DNA of 64,000 nt, from contig NC_087436.1 in NCBI RefSeq assembly GCF_036321535.1, positions 30,010,001 through 30,074,000 of the forward strand, in the 5' to 3' direction. A program made the position numbers and the translations under genes. Every line of letters begins with the position of its first letter. The stretch's first letter is position 1. This DNA is from Camelus dromedarius. Taxonomy: Eukaryota. Positions 1 to 12,510 of the stretch are shown here, piece after piece. The notes beneath the pieces are model-generated. The model saw nothing but the letters and a program-made list of their open reading frames with translations, ran no database searches and was not told the origin of the DNA.

Positions 1-626
1 TGTATAGAATACTTGAAAATCTATAAAACAAACTTGTGAACATATACAGAGAAAGAGACCATATTCTACTATTGTTCCACATACTTTTAATTTTCGATTT
101 GGAAGGATCTGTTTCCCTGGAACCAGACTCCTTAAATTCGCTCCATGCCTAACTGAATAGTTAAATATATATAAGCTCTGGGAGGTTTTCTGAGGATAAC
201 ATCTGTGGAAACTTTTTGATATTCTATTTTGAGTGGATTTGACACCATAAGCGTTATGTCCCAATAAAAGAAAAAGATAATAGTCATGCTGTGCACTAAG
301 CTTTCTCTGATTTATTATCAGTGTTCACAGCCATTTTCATTTTCCTGTATAATTATTTCATTATTGATTTTAATGAGACTTTAATAAAAACTCAATTTTT
401 ATGAGTAAATTTTCTTTCTAGCTCTCTGACAATTAATTAAAGTTCTTGTAATGTTTACATGAGTTATTTGTCTGTTTCTTCTTTAATCCATCCCTTAAAT
501 TCTCCTTTAATTGCTTCTTCATGCTTTCATTGTTTCTATTCTTTGACCTTCCTCCTCTTCTTTCTCCACTCCCTCTGCCTTTCCCCTCCTTCCTTTCTAG
601 TCTTCTTTCATTCCCTTCTCTCCTGA

Positions 627-990
627 CTTTTGAAAAATTGAGACATAACTGACATATAACATTGTATTCACTGTAAGTATTGTGCAACATAATGATTCAA
701 TATATGTATATACTGTAAAACGATTACCACAGTCAGTTTAGTTCACACCCATCACCACATAGTTTTGTTTTTCTCTCGTGATGAGAACTTTTAAGATGTA
801 TTCTTTTAGCAACTTTCAAATATATAGTAGAGTATTATTAACTATAGCCTCCATGCTGTACATTAGATCCTCAGAATTTATTTATCTTCAAACTGAAAGT
901 TTGTACCTTTTGACCCCCTTCACTCATTACAGCCACCCGCCACCACACACCCACTTCTCTGGCAATCTGTTCTCTGTATTCATGAGTATT
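627..990 (-). mobile_element. LINE-1 3' UTR fragment (L1MA9-like), preceded by a pyrimidine-rich tract (~535-625)
   Basis: Antisense L1 3'-end motifs: ttgagacataactgacatataacattgta, gatgagaacttttaagat, tagcaactttcaaatata, catgctgtacattagatcctcagaa, actgaaagtttgtaccttttgacc. Confidence 0.85.
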
Positions 991-1969
991 GGAATCCTGA
1001 CTTGTCTGAAAAAGAATTTATGGTAATTAAGTGTGTTTTGTTTTACACACTTCTAAGTGTTCTAAGATGGAAGATAGCTACCTTCCAAATGTGATGTATA
1101 ATATGATTATAAATTAATATTTGCTTGTACTCCAAATTTTAAATGTATGAAGGTAGAAATAGAGGTGACAATTTTTTTATGTTCATTTTAGAAATCTAAG
1201 AACTAACTATCCAACTTAGGCTATAATCTTAATTTAATGTTCAGATAACTGCATAAAAGTTTGTATTTTATTCAGTGATCTTCTGTAAGTTGTTTTCCAC
1301 TTTATAATCTTAGTATAATAACATGCTAGCCTTAAAGATAACACATTTGTTTTCATGGGCATCCATTTTTAAGCAAATAAAAAGATGCTTAAATTTTTAA
1401 ATGCTTTGTAAAAATGCCAAATTCTGTTTGAAAAAGGCTGGTTAATATCAACGTCAGGGAAATAAAATATAATTATTTCTATAATTATTTCTCTATGCCT
1501 TCAACAATGCTGAATCTTGTAAAATTTTGTTTTATTGACAATATGATGATTATAAGATTTTATTGTATTAGCAGTTACTTCCTTGACTTCCAGCAGGGTT
1601 AAGAATAACTTTATATGTTTACTACTCCACTAAAATCCCTTTTCTGTGAAATGTTCATTTATATTTGCCCTCTGATTTGTTGTTCTTGATTTTCTTGTCT
1701 CACTTGTCTTGCTCTTATGAATGATTAGTATTTCTGTGCATATTTTTATATCACATTTGGTCATATTTTCTCCAAGCCTGTCATGTATATTTTGATTTTG
1801 TTAATTCTGTTTGTAGGCTGTTGCTATATAGATTTTTAAAATAAGTTTCTACAATGCAAAATATGTTAAATTTATCACAGTGACTGGTATCCCCAACCCT
1901 AATACATAGGTATAGGTATGGAATAGATTTTACCTTCATCTCAATCCTTTTATTTTTCAAATTTAGCAG

Positions 1970-2205
1970 TAGCATAATTTTTAATGATGTGGATTTAGAA
2001 TCTGAGTGCCTCAGTTCAAACACCAGCTCTAACACTTAGCAGCTGAGTAATATTGGGAAAGATGCTAATCTCTTAAAGATAATAATACGATGATAATAAC
2101 ACTCCTCATGATATGAAGCCGTTGTGAAAATTAAATACATTGTTTAAAGAAGTGTAGGACAATGATTGGCATACAGTAAATTCTTTATATGCCTTAGCCA
2201 TTATT
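1970..2205 (+). mobile_element. MIR SINE
   Basis: MIR-like head (tagaatctgagtgcctcagttcaaacaccagctctaacacttagcagctg) and tail (ttgtgaaaattaaat...tggcatacagtaaat...tagccattatt). Confidence 0.75.
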
Positions 2206-2711
2206 GAACTTACCAATAATTATCTATATTTTATCTTTATTTGTCAAAAATCAATACCAAGAACACATTACATATTTAGACAATTAGTTTACCACTATTA
2301 AAATCATAGATGTGATGGAAACGTCTATTAAGAAAATTTTACAAAATATAATTGGAAGTTTTAACTCAAAAATTGTGTCATTAACATTAAAAATAATTGG
2401 CAATTTTATCTTCATTCTAAATTAATATAATTTACACTTTGAGAACCTGATTATTTACCATCAAATAAAAATGATAAAATATTACATATAAGGCAAATAT
2501 TTTTAAAGTTTTTGTAATGTGTATTTCATGTATACACAACTCATTTTTATACTATGAAATTTATTTCATGAATAAAGTCCAACTATATTGCTACTTTAAG
2601 ATTTCAGAGTCATTATGCAATAGGTTTAACTGATTTTTTTCCCTTCTATTTAAATATAAGCATATCTTTTAGCAATGAGGCTTTACTGACTTCATAGAAT
2701 TAATTGGTGAT

Positions 2712-3225
2712 ATTATTTTATTGGTTTTCTGTTGATTTGTAATAAATTACCACAAAGCTATTGTTGGAAAACAATGTCCATTTATTATGTCACGGTTTCT
2801 GTGGGTCAGGAGCCCAGGTTTGAGTTAATTTGGTCACTGGCCAGTCTAGAATTCTGGTGTTGGCCAGGTCTGCAATCTCACCAGAGGCTTGAGTTCTTTT
2901 TCCCAGCTCATTAAAGCTCTTGGCAGAATTTAGTATCTTGAGGTTATAGAACTGAGGTCACAATATTTTGGCTAGCTGTCAGTTGGGACTATTTTCAGCT
3001 ACTAGAAGCTGCCCACAGATCGCTGCCCTGCCTTCCCCTCCACAGCACGATAGTTTGTGTCTTCAAGGTCAACAGGAGATGGCTGCTGTGGTTTCAAATC
3101 TTGTGACTTCTGCTTATATCCCTTTAGACATTTTTTTAAAGTACTTGCCTGTTAGGTCAAATTATAAGAATTATATAGAGCCTCTACACCAAGGGATGTG
3201 GCGTCATCTTAAAATTCTGCCTATG
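2712..3225 (-). mobile_element. MaLR (MLT1-family) LTR
   Basis: gtaataaattaccacaaa...catttattatgtcacggtttctgtgggtcaggag...tggcagaatttagtatcttgaggttatagaactgaggtc...catcttaaaattctgccta are typical antisense MLT1 segments. Confidence 0.8.
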
Positions 3226-3631
3226 GTATTCATCTCTTTCTGTCGTCTGGAATATTCTGAATAATTTAGATATTCTTTACCCTTTTCACTTATATTGTCA
3301 AAATTATTGGCATAAATTATTTTTAGTTTTAATCTTAATTATTCTTAATTTTTTTGAATTCCACCAATCTAATCTATTCATGTCCTCTTTTACATTTCTA
3401 GCATCATTTAATTCTTCTTTGTTTTTGCAAATTTTGTTCAGTTTTGCCAGTGATCTATTTATTTGCCTTTTCAAAGAGCCAGTGATTTTTGTTGCTTATC
3501 ACTCTCGTTCCCACTATAGACTCATTCGATGCATTTTGAACTTTTTTCATTTCATTCTTCCTATTTCTGACCTTGTTCTTTGTCTTTGCCATTTTAATAC
3601 ACCATCATGTCGCCCCTCGTGCTGTTGACTT

Positions 3632-4199
3632 TGTCAGGAGCTCAGCGAAGCTGGAGATGAAGAGCTGAGCTGCCAGGTTTCTGAATAACAGATTAAAACA
3701 AACCCCAAATGAAAATAACAGGGAAGCCTGAAATCATTTACTGCAATGGTATAAACAAGAGGCTAAAGAAGAGAAAATGCCGACTCCCGCTTGTCTGTTT
3801 CCCCAGGAGCAGCCTACCAGCCCATGGTCAGGTGGATCAGGAAAGATGTGAGTCTTGTCTCACTGCCAAGTCAGCCCTGACAAATAGCTCCTCCAGGGGG
3901 TGAGGACGAGGAGGCCAGGAAAAATCAAGGGGCGCGGCTAGGAGTGCAAAGTTCTGAGCCCTAAGCCTGATGGGGGGCAAGTGTCTTCCAGCTTTCCTCT
4001 CATCCCCCTGCAGAAACCCTTGGCAGAGGCACCGGAACAACACCTCACAGGAGACCTCAGATAAAGAAACCTAGGAATGAAGGTGCCTGGACTAGGAATG
4101 CAAATGTGATTGACTGCAACTCCCCTTCGAGACAGCAATGTACTGGCTGTGCCTCAGGTCTGGTGTAGGGAGGGCAGCTGTCCCCTGCAAGGCCTGACA
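3632..4199. mobile_element. Probable solo LTR (ERVL-class, family uncertain)
   Basis: 568-bp GC-richer island bounded by a perfect 7-bp inverted repeat TGTCAGG...CCTGACA (TG...CA termini). No clean TSD survives (gactt vs gataa). Confidence 0.7.
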
Positions 4200-5439
4200 G
4201 ATAAGGTTTTGGAAAGTATCTATAGTTGGTCATGTAAAATCATACATAAGTTTTCAGCCAAGAGACGTAGTCTGCAGATTTACAGCTAACTTTTAATCAC
4301 CCACTTCTTTTTTTAGGTATACTAGTCAATTTTTGCCTATTTATTGAATGCTTATTTTATTTTGATTTTTTAAAATATTTCTAGATTATCAATCTGGATG
4401 ATTTCTAAGTATGCCTTTTCTATTTTTCATTACTATCTATTTAAGATATATTCTTATTGTATGAATCTGTTCCTTAGGAAAAAATTATCTAGTTTTATAA
4501 TCCCCTATTCTTATATTATTTACATTTACTTTAATACAATTATCTTTTTTATTTCATCTTCTGAATAAACCACATATTAGAGGATTTTCTAATGTCTGGG
4601 TGTGAATGTTTGTGTTTGATGGACCATCAGCATGACTTGTAAGAGTCCTTCACATGATGACTGTGGATGAAACCCTGTGGAGTAATTTAGCATTTATTTC
4701 AGTCTGTGCTGTCTGTCATTTGTTGGTTCAAGACCAGTTTTTGTGTTGGTTTACTGACCTGGAGTTTTAGTATACACACACAGTGCAAATTTTGTTACCC
4801 CACTCGTGCAGAAAGGACTTCATAAATCTTGTGTGTTAATCTACAAATGGGCAACCTATTTCTAAAATACATCTCAAGGCTGGTGAGTAGAACTTTCCTA
4901 GTCCTAATTTATGAACCAGAGGGCTTTGTCCCAACAGTTTCCTTTGCTTTACGTAGCAGGTAACTTCCTGTTCCCCACCCTTCCACAGACTTGCAATCTG
5001 GGCATTTACCGTCTATTCCTTACTCCAGCTTCAGGTTGCCTCTCGATTTTTGACATCTATGCAGCTCATCTATGCTTCTCTTCCTCCTACTTTGTTCATT
5101 ATTTATATATGTTTGGGGTACTACTGTTTATGTTATGCCTTCATCAAGTGTAAAATTTTGATAGAAATTATTTAACTTTCCCCATATGCAGCATTCATCA
5201 TCGTGGCTTGGAACTGAGAGAAAGTTATAGAAAATTATTTCAATTCTCTAAAACCTATTCACATATTTTGAGTAAATTAAGCCCCTCGAATGAACTAGCA
5301 CTTAAAAAGTGTGGTCAGGTAAAACAAAGCTGTTGAGAAGTTCCCAAACTCCGTCTACATTTATATTCATTGCTATATTTATATGTATATCGTCTACAGT
5401 TATATGCTTTTAGGAGTGGAAGAGTGGGAGCTTTTGGTA

Positions 5440-5840
5440 GTATACAATTCAAGAGAGACTAGATTTTGCTCCATTTATAAACAACTCCAATATCACTGTG
5501 TCACAAAATAGATAAAAGCTTATTTCTTAACCATGTGGTATGTCCAGTATGGATTTGGGGCAAATGCTTGTGGTTGTCCTCAGAGATCTCGGCTGATAGA
5601 GGCTCCGTCCCCATGCATCCTTACGTTATCACCTTGGCGGGAAAAGGCATAACAACAAATAGTACAGTGGCTTTTACAGTTTTGCTCTGAAATAACAATC
5701 ACCAATTCTGCAAATTCTTCATTATCCAAAGTGCCACGTGCCTACAACTAACTTCAAAGGAGTAGGAACATATAACATTGCCATGTGTTCAGAAACAGAA
5801 CACAAATGCTTGTATGCATCCCTAAAGTCAAGTACAGGCT
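5440..5840 (-). mobile_element. Old MaLR LTR (MLT1J/K/L-like)
   Basis: aaagcttatttctt...atgtcca...gctgatagaggctcc...tttgctctgaaataaca...aacttcaaaggagtaggaa...ccatgtgttcagaa. Confidence 0.65.
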
Positions 5841-6601
5841 GAATAGGTTTTGATTTTTCCATGAAATGTTACGCCATGACTAGAACTCATCGTAGACTTT
5901 ATACAGCTGAGTTAAACAAGGGGATCCATGTGAAGCAGCTTGCTTATATAGACATACTGTCTGGCATTAAGTGTGTAATGTGAGTGATTTTCCTCCAAAT
6001 GAATTTAGAAATAAAGTTTCACTCAAGTAAAAAAATGATCATCACTATTATTGGAATAAAAATTAATGTAGTCTCTGGGGATGAAAATGTTGTTTAAAGT
6101 GAGTGTTACTGCTTAAAAGAGTAAAAAGGAAATCAGAACTTAATAGTTTGTAATCAAAAAGCAGCATTATTGTAATAAACAGTAGCAGTTTAATAAACAC
6201 CATTTCTAGTATAAAGTTACTCTGTAACCACTATTGCCTAGATTTAACGCTACATCACACATACCAAATTGCAAAAGCAGAATCATTTAGTATAGCAGAT
6301 CATTTACATTACTACTATCATATCTGGGATATCTTGAATTTAAAAAAATTACCAAGTTGAGATATCTGTACCACTTCTTTGTCCATGTAGAAAATACATA
6401 TTAGCTAGCCAGTGGTCTGCCTACTTCAAGGACAAATACAAAAAAGACAATTTGGGAGTTAAGATTTAATATTAAAGAAAACATAATTATGAGCTCATCT
6501 CATGTCCTTTTCACTGACACGAGCATTTCTCAATATGATTGTTTTTGTTTCCTGTCTTTGTATATTGGTGACGGGCTATAAAATTTCTACCTGCAAATTT
6601 A

Positions 6602-7714
6602 TTCTTTAAAAAAACACACTTTATTGAAGTATCATTAAGGTATAGAAAGTTGGGTACATTTACTATACACAATGTAATGAGTTTGGGAATAAGTGTACAC
6701 CAATGAAACCATCACCACATTCTATGCCATAAACATATCCATCACTTCCAAAAGTTTCCACTCACCCTCTTTATTTATTGCTATCATTATTTTTGGTGAT
6801 AAGAACATTTTGTGATGAGATTTATCCTCTTAGAAAAATTTTAGGATACAATATTGTTAACTTTAAGTTCTATGATGTACAATAGATCCCTAGAACATAT
6901 TCGTTTTATGTAACTAAAATCTATAGCCTTTGACTAATCCCTGCCTGCTTTGTCCTCCCACCAACCCCTTGGAACCACCATTCTACTCTTTGCTTCTATA
7001 AGTTTGACTGTTTTAGACTCATCATAAAAGTGATATAAGGTGGTATTTGTCCTTCTGTGTCTGGCTTATTTTATTTAGCATGTTGTCCTCCAGACTAATT
7101 AATGTTGTTGTCACAAATAACAGGATTTCCTTATTTTTAATGGCTGAATAATATTCCATTCTATGTAAATATCACATTTGCTTTATTCATTCATTTTCAG
7201 TGGGTATTTAAGGCCATAGTCTCTGTCTAGGGTACTGAGAATAATGCTGCAGTTAACGTGGAAAGGCAGCTATCTCTTCCATACACAGATTTCAACTCGT
7301 TTGTATATGTAATCATAAATGGGATTGCTGGATTTTATTGTAGTTCAACTTTGTTTTATATTTTGAGAATTTTCATGCTGTTTTCCATAGTGGCTACGCC
7401 AATGTACATACCCACAAACAAGGTTCCCTTTTCTCCACATCCTCACCAACACTTGTTATCTCTTGTCTTCTGGATAGTCATTCTAACAGGTGTGAGGTGC
7501 TACCTCATTGAGGTTTTGATCCGCATTTCCCTGATGATTAGTAGTACTGAGCATCTTTTCGTGTACCTGGTGGCAATTTGTATGTCTTCTTTAAAAAAAG
7601 TCCATTTAGTTCCTATTCCCATTTTTTAACTGGATTGCTTTGTTGTTGTTGCTGTAACTGAGTTGTAGGAGTTCTTTGTGTGTTTTGTATATTAGCCCCT
7701 TATTAGATATACGA
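6602..7714 (-). mobile_element. LINE-1 3' UTR and ORF2 C-terminal region (L1MA9/MA10/MB-like)
   Basis: Antisense L1 hallmarks: atgaaaccatcaccac, ttgtccttctgtgtctggcttatt, ggctgaataatattccatt, ttctccacatcctcaccaacacttg, cattctaacaggtgtgaggtg. ORF 7258..7629 is the familiar antisense-L1 pseudo-peptide. Confidence 0.95.
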
Positions 7715-7715
7715 T

Positions 7716-7870
7716 AAGGGTTACAGATTGGGAAGGAGGAATAAAACTGTCTTTGTCCACAGATGACATGATGATCTGTACAGAAAATCCCAGTCCGTTT
7801 CCTGTATACCAGCAATGAACAAATGGAATTTACAATTAAAAACAAAATACAATTTATGTTAATACTCAAA
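7716..7870 (+). mobile_element. LINE-1 ORF2 reverse-transcriptase core fragment
   Basis: Translates with one frameshift as GLQIGKE/IKLSLSTDDMMICTENP, matching the L1 RT motif [25 protein letters not shown]. It is followed by tttcctgtataccagcaatgaacaa. Confidence 0.85.
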
Positions 7871-9609
7871 AAATAGGATTAAGCTCAAATACAAGATAAT
7901 CATATTCATAGACTAGAAATAGGATAGAAAAGCAAAATACTGAGCAGAGCTAAAGCTGAGAGCTTGCTGCAATTCAAGCAATAAAACAAGGTAGTGGTGA
8001 TTAGAAGATTGGTCCCTAAGAGAAAAGAGGGATTTTAACTTTAAACCCCAGTCTCAAGCCAGGGCTGGGGCTACCTCTACCCATGATAGTGTCTATGGTT
8101 AACTCAAGAGTATTTAAAACAGAATTATCAACTTCAGATACTGTACATACCCTCTCCTTGAATTTAAGATAAAGAACACAAGTAAATTTTCAAAAATTAT
8201 CCCCTGGAATCATTCTGTACTTTTAAACAATGTTGTACTTAGGAACCAGCTGATGAATTTCTATGTACGTGTAGTTTTATTACTCGATCCACTCCACTCC
8301 TGCAGCATCTGGTCAAAGCCTTGAAATATTTCTAAGTGCCAATCTAGTTTTTTCTGGCTGTTAAGTCCTCAGAAAACACTTTTTGAAAAAATGCCTACTT
8401 CCTAGGTTTGGCAAGCATTTTGTAATTTGAAATCCTAACCTCTGCAATAATGCCAACGAGAAGCTCCCTTCTTTATCCTTCACAATTCTGATTGCCACCA
8501 CTCCTAATGAAAACCCCACTCAGTTTCATGTGATTGGTCTTGTTTTTGAATAACTCCCAGTTCTTTGTTTACTTTTTAATTAAATTTAGCTTGTTACACA
8601 TGAGAAATACTTACACATTTTCAGGTTGACATGACTACTGTGCTGCAAATTGTTGACCATAGTTCTTTAGTGAGATAATGTTCAAGGTCTTGTTTTAGGG
8701 AGATGGGAAAAGCTTTATGGGGAATAGAAAAAGAAAGTACAAATCATGTCAGACCATACTTAAGGATTCGAAAAAAAAAATCCAAAAATGTTTAACTTAA
8801 TTGTTTAAAAAATAAACTAACAAAAAGTTAAATTATAAATTTAATGTTCTTTACAAAGTGCAGTTAAGTTGAATTTATAGTGATTTGTTCCTATAAAATG
8901 TATAAAGGTTTTGCATATATTTTTATATTTCACTACGAACAGAATGTAAAATATTTAAACCTGCTAAATACAACTAATTTACTTAATGTGGTTTTATGTC
9001 TTGATGTTCCTCCCTCCTCATTCTTCTAAAGAAGCTTGGAAAAAGATAAATTTGATTTATAACAGGTTATTGCAGTAAACAGAAATAGAATTTACACATT
9101 TCATCAGTCAAGCATTCAAAGCACACAATGCCATAATAACAAATTGCTCATATTAACTTGCCTCTAAAAATTGAAAAGCATATTACAAGAAAGTATCATT
9201 TAAGGACTATAATAATTCCATGTTCTTTGGAATATGTAACTGTCATTATTTACTACTATTTTGAACTGTTTTAATATTGCAGCTTCCTACTCACCCCACT
9301 CCAAATAAAGTGAACATTTGAAAGACATAGAAAACTCAAATGCTGTCATAAATCATAAAATAAAAATGTAGAAAAAAATATGACCAAGAATAAATAAACA
9401 GTAGTCATTTCCCTTTTAGTTAGTACTGTATGTCAGTGCTACTATTTCTGAGATTATTTGCTACTCAAAGGAATCTATTTTGATAAAAACTAAATTCTCA
9501 AAGTATATGTTTGAAATGTAAACAATGATTGCTTTCATATGACTGATAAAATAGACAGAATAATATCCCTTGTCCTGATGTCTGTGTCCTAATTACTAGA
9601 ACTATGGAG

Positions 9610-10275
9610 AGATTTTTGTCATTATATTAGTTTGTGTTTTTAGAATTTTATACACGTGGAATCTTTAATATGTACTCCTTTTTGTACAGCTTCTTTCACT
9701 CAACATAATAATTTTGAGATTTCTCTGTGTCATTACAGATATCAACAGTACTTTCACTGACATTGCTGATCAGCATTCCATTGTGTGGATATGTCACAAT
9801 TTGTTCATCCTGTTGGTGGACATTTGATTTGTGTCCATATTTTGGCTATTACAAAAAGTCAGTTACAAACATTTATATACAAGTCTTTGCATGGACATAT
9901 GCTTTCATATCTCTTGTATAAATACCTAGGAAAGGAATGGCTGGGCTATATGCTAGATGTATATATGTATTTTAACAATCTATCAAAGTGATTTCTAAAG
10001 CATTGTAGCATTTTACATCCCCACAAGCAGTGTGTGAGTTCAGGTTTCTCAGCATCCTTGCCAACACTTGGTTTGATCAGATTTTTTTATTTTTAATTTT
10101 GAGCTATTTTAACAGTTGCATAGTGACAGTTTATAATCTTAACTTGCATTAATTGAAATGATGTTGAACATCTTATGGTCTTATTTTTACACATACATAT
10201 ATAGATAATACATGATTTTATATATATGAAAATGTGTATAATTTAGTGTGGTATCTGTCCAAGTTATTTGCCTTT
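9610..10275 (-). mobile_element. Old LINE-1 3' region (L1MB/MC/ME-like)
   Basis: cttctttcactcaacataata, tgttggtggacatttgatt, tttgcatggacatatgctttcat, cattttacatcccacaagcagtgtgtgag, catccttgccaacacttgg. Confidence 0.85.
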
Positions 10276-10284
10276 ACCAACTTA

Positions 10285-10680
10285 TAGGAAAATATAGCTC
10301 ATTATGATGAGAACAATCAATCAAATCTATCAAAGCTGAAACTAGTATAAAGTTGTATATCAAGTATACCTTAAAAAAACTCTGATAAAAAAAACTATGC
10401 TAGAACTGCCACAGATGTTAGAATTATCAAGGAGAAAATTAAAAGTAATTATAAATATATTACATATGTTCAAAAAACTATAGGTAAGATTGAACATGTT
10501 AAATGGAGATGTGAAAAATATAAAAACTCAAATAGAAAGCACAGAAATCAAAAGCCATAATTTCAGAGATGAAAAATATACCATATAGGATTAAAAATAG
10601 GTTACAGGTTACAGAAGAAATAATGAGTGAACTAGAAGACATAGCAGTGTGAACTATCCCAATAAAACAAAGAACTGATT
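10285..10680 (+). mobile_element. Old LINE-1 ORF1 fragment
   Basis: A-rich; cagatgttagaattatca, atatgttcaaaaaacta, gagatgaaaaatatacc, cagaagaaataatgagtgaactagaagacatagca (ORF1 coiled-coil region). Confidence 0.75.
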
Positions 10681-10734
10681 TCCAGCATCTAATACCCTTG
10701 TCTCCAAAAAAGAATGGTCAAAGCATAATGTGAT

Positions 10735-11345
10735 ACAGATGGCTATCCAGGCCTCCCCAGCTAATGAGCCATGCTACATATTCTTTGACACTTGGGCTTT
10801 GGCAAATTGTCAGGGCGTTTGTTCAGGATACTGGTTAGCCTTAGACTTGTATATAAAACAAGCTTCCCTGTGGAGACAAATGTATAAAATTTGTCTTCTG
10901 GATACTTGAGAGGATGGCTTATGGAAATTCAGACACCATTCTAACCTGAGGTTCTAGGCAAGCCTACCACTCACTCTGGAGAAACCAAAACATCATTATA
11001 AAGCTTTTCCACCAGCCAGATTCCTGCTCAAGATTAAAATTACTGCCTACCAGGCCAAGGAGTTCTTGGCAAATAGAGCACATTGGCCTCTCATTCCATC
11101 CAGAAACCCCCCCGGATTCTGACCGCACTTGACACTTTCTTTGGGTTTGGTTTAGCGATCTGAATGTGTTCTGCTGTCTCGGGACACATTATCCAGGCCC
11201 TGCAAGACCATATCAGATTCCGTTTTAGGTTTCCTGAGCACATTACATCCAACAATGGCTCCAGATTTGCAGTCAAACTACTTATCAGTGAGCTCAATCA
11301 TGGGCATATGGTAAACTCTCCATGTTCCATAACACCATCTAGTTT
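10735..11345 (+). mobile_element. Degenerate ERVL-class pol remnant: RNase H segment plus integrase core
   Basis: 10770-10880 reads PCYIFFDTWALANCQGVCSGYWLALDLYIKQASLWR (compare ERVL RNase H YTDSWAVANGLAGWSGTW). From 11064 it reads SWQIEHIG, then ILTALDTFLGFGLAI and HIIQALQDHIRFRFRFPEHITSNNGSRFAVK (compare integrase WQVDYIGP, LTGIDTYSGYGFAYP, HGIPHSIASDQGTHF). Frameshifted. Confidence 0.85.
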
Positions 11346-11499
11346 ACCCCAGCTGATTTTAAAAAAATTAACAAGTTAGTTTAATAAAAAATATGGGATG
11401 TTGCACCACCAAATTGAAGAATAATTCCATTTTAATGAGCATTTGGATCACTTATGAAAAATTATCATGATCTAGCCTCAAATACTTTTTTTAAAAAAA

Positions 11500-12510
11500 T
11501 GTTCTCTTATACATGACACATTTCTATCACCTTGCCATTAAATTAGAATCAATTATAAAAAGATAACTTGAAAATTATATACACATAGATTTAAAAGTAG
11601 TTTTAAACAGTTAATCTCTTTAAAAATCTCATTTTATAGAATAGAAATATTTTGAACCAATAAAATTATACACACACATGTATATACATACATATACATA
11701 TAATTCAGCTGAAATAGTAGTTAAAAGGTATATTTAGATTTGAAATGGTGCAAAAGAAAACTAGAATGGTTCAAACTAAAGGAGCCAAAACTTAATATAG
11801 GAAGTTAGAAAAAAGAACAGCATAATAAAGCCAAAAATAGTACAATAATTGTACAATAACATGAAAATCATACCAAAATAATTAAATAAGAGAGAGGAGC
11901 AAGCAAATTAAAAAGTGGTTCCTAAAAAGTTAATTACATAGACAAATCTTTGTCAAGATTAATAAGGAATAGAAAGATAGAAGGCTTAAATAACAATATT
12001 AGAATTGTGGAATAAAATAACCATGAAAGCTGCAGAGATTAAACTGCAATAAGATAATAACAATTTTTAAAAAAATCTTGATGACAATAAACTTGAAATT
12101 TTAGAGGAAATATAATATATTTAACTTATTATTATATATGTATTACCTACACACACTCTAAAACATACAGAGAATGTGCCTATTAATATGCCTTTAATGC
12201 AAATTAAAATCTTTGCACTAAAAAAATATTAAGCTGAGATGCTAATAAGATTGTTTCAAATAAAGCCAAATACCAACCTTATATAAATTCCTGCAGAGGA
12301 TAGCAAGTTAGCAATAGGAACAACTCCAAACACATTTTAACATACTGTATTTGATAAACAAAGCAAGTCAAGAATGATATGAGAAAAATAAGTTATAGGT
12401 TAATCTCATTCACAGATGAGAATGAGATGCTAGAATCCTAAACTATTTAAAATACTAGAAAACTGAGTACAGCAATGCATAAAAAGATAACATATCATAA
12501 TCAGTTTCCA
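11500..12510 (+). mobile_element. Old LINE-1 ORF2 fragment (post-endonuclease linker to start of RT)
   Basis: cattaaattagaatcaat, gaagttagaaaaaagaacagca, catagacaaatcttgtcaagattaat, caataaacttgaaattttagaggaaa, gatgctagaatcctaaac. Confidence 0.8.

Noticed and set aside
433..690. 85-aa basic Arg/Lys/Gly-rich ORF
   Set aside because: It is the translation of a low-complexity purine tract adjoining an L1 tail.
11164..11379. Possible domesticated integrase gene
   Set aside because: Frameshifts separate the motifs and the catalytic aspartate positions are substituted, consistent with neutral decay.
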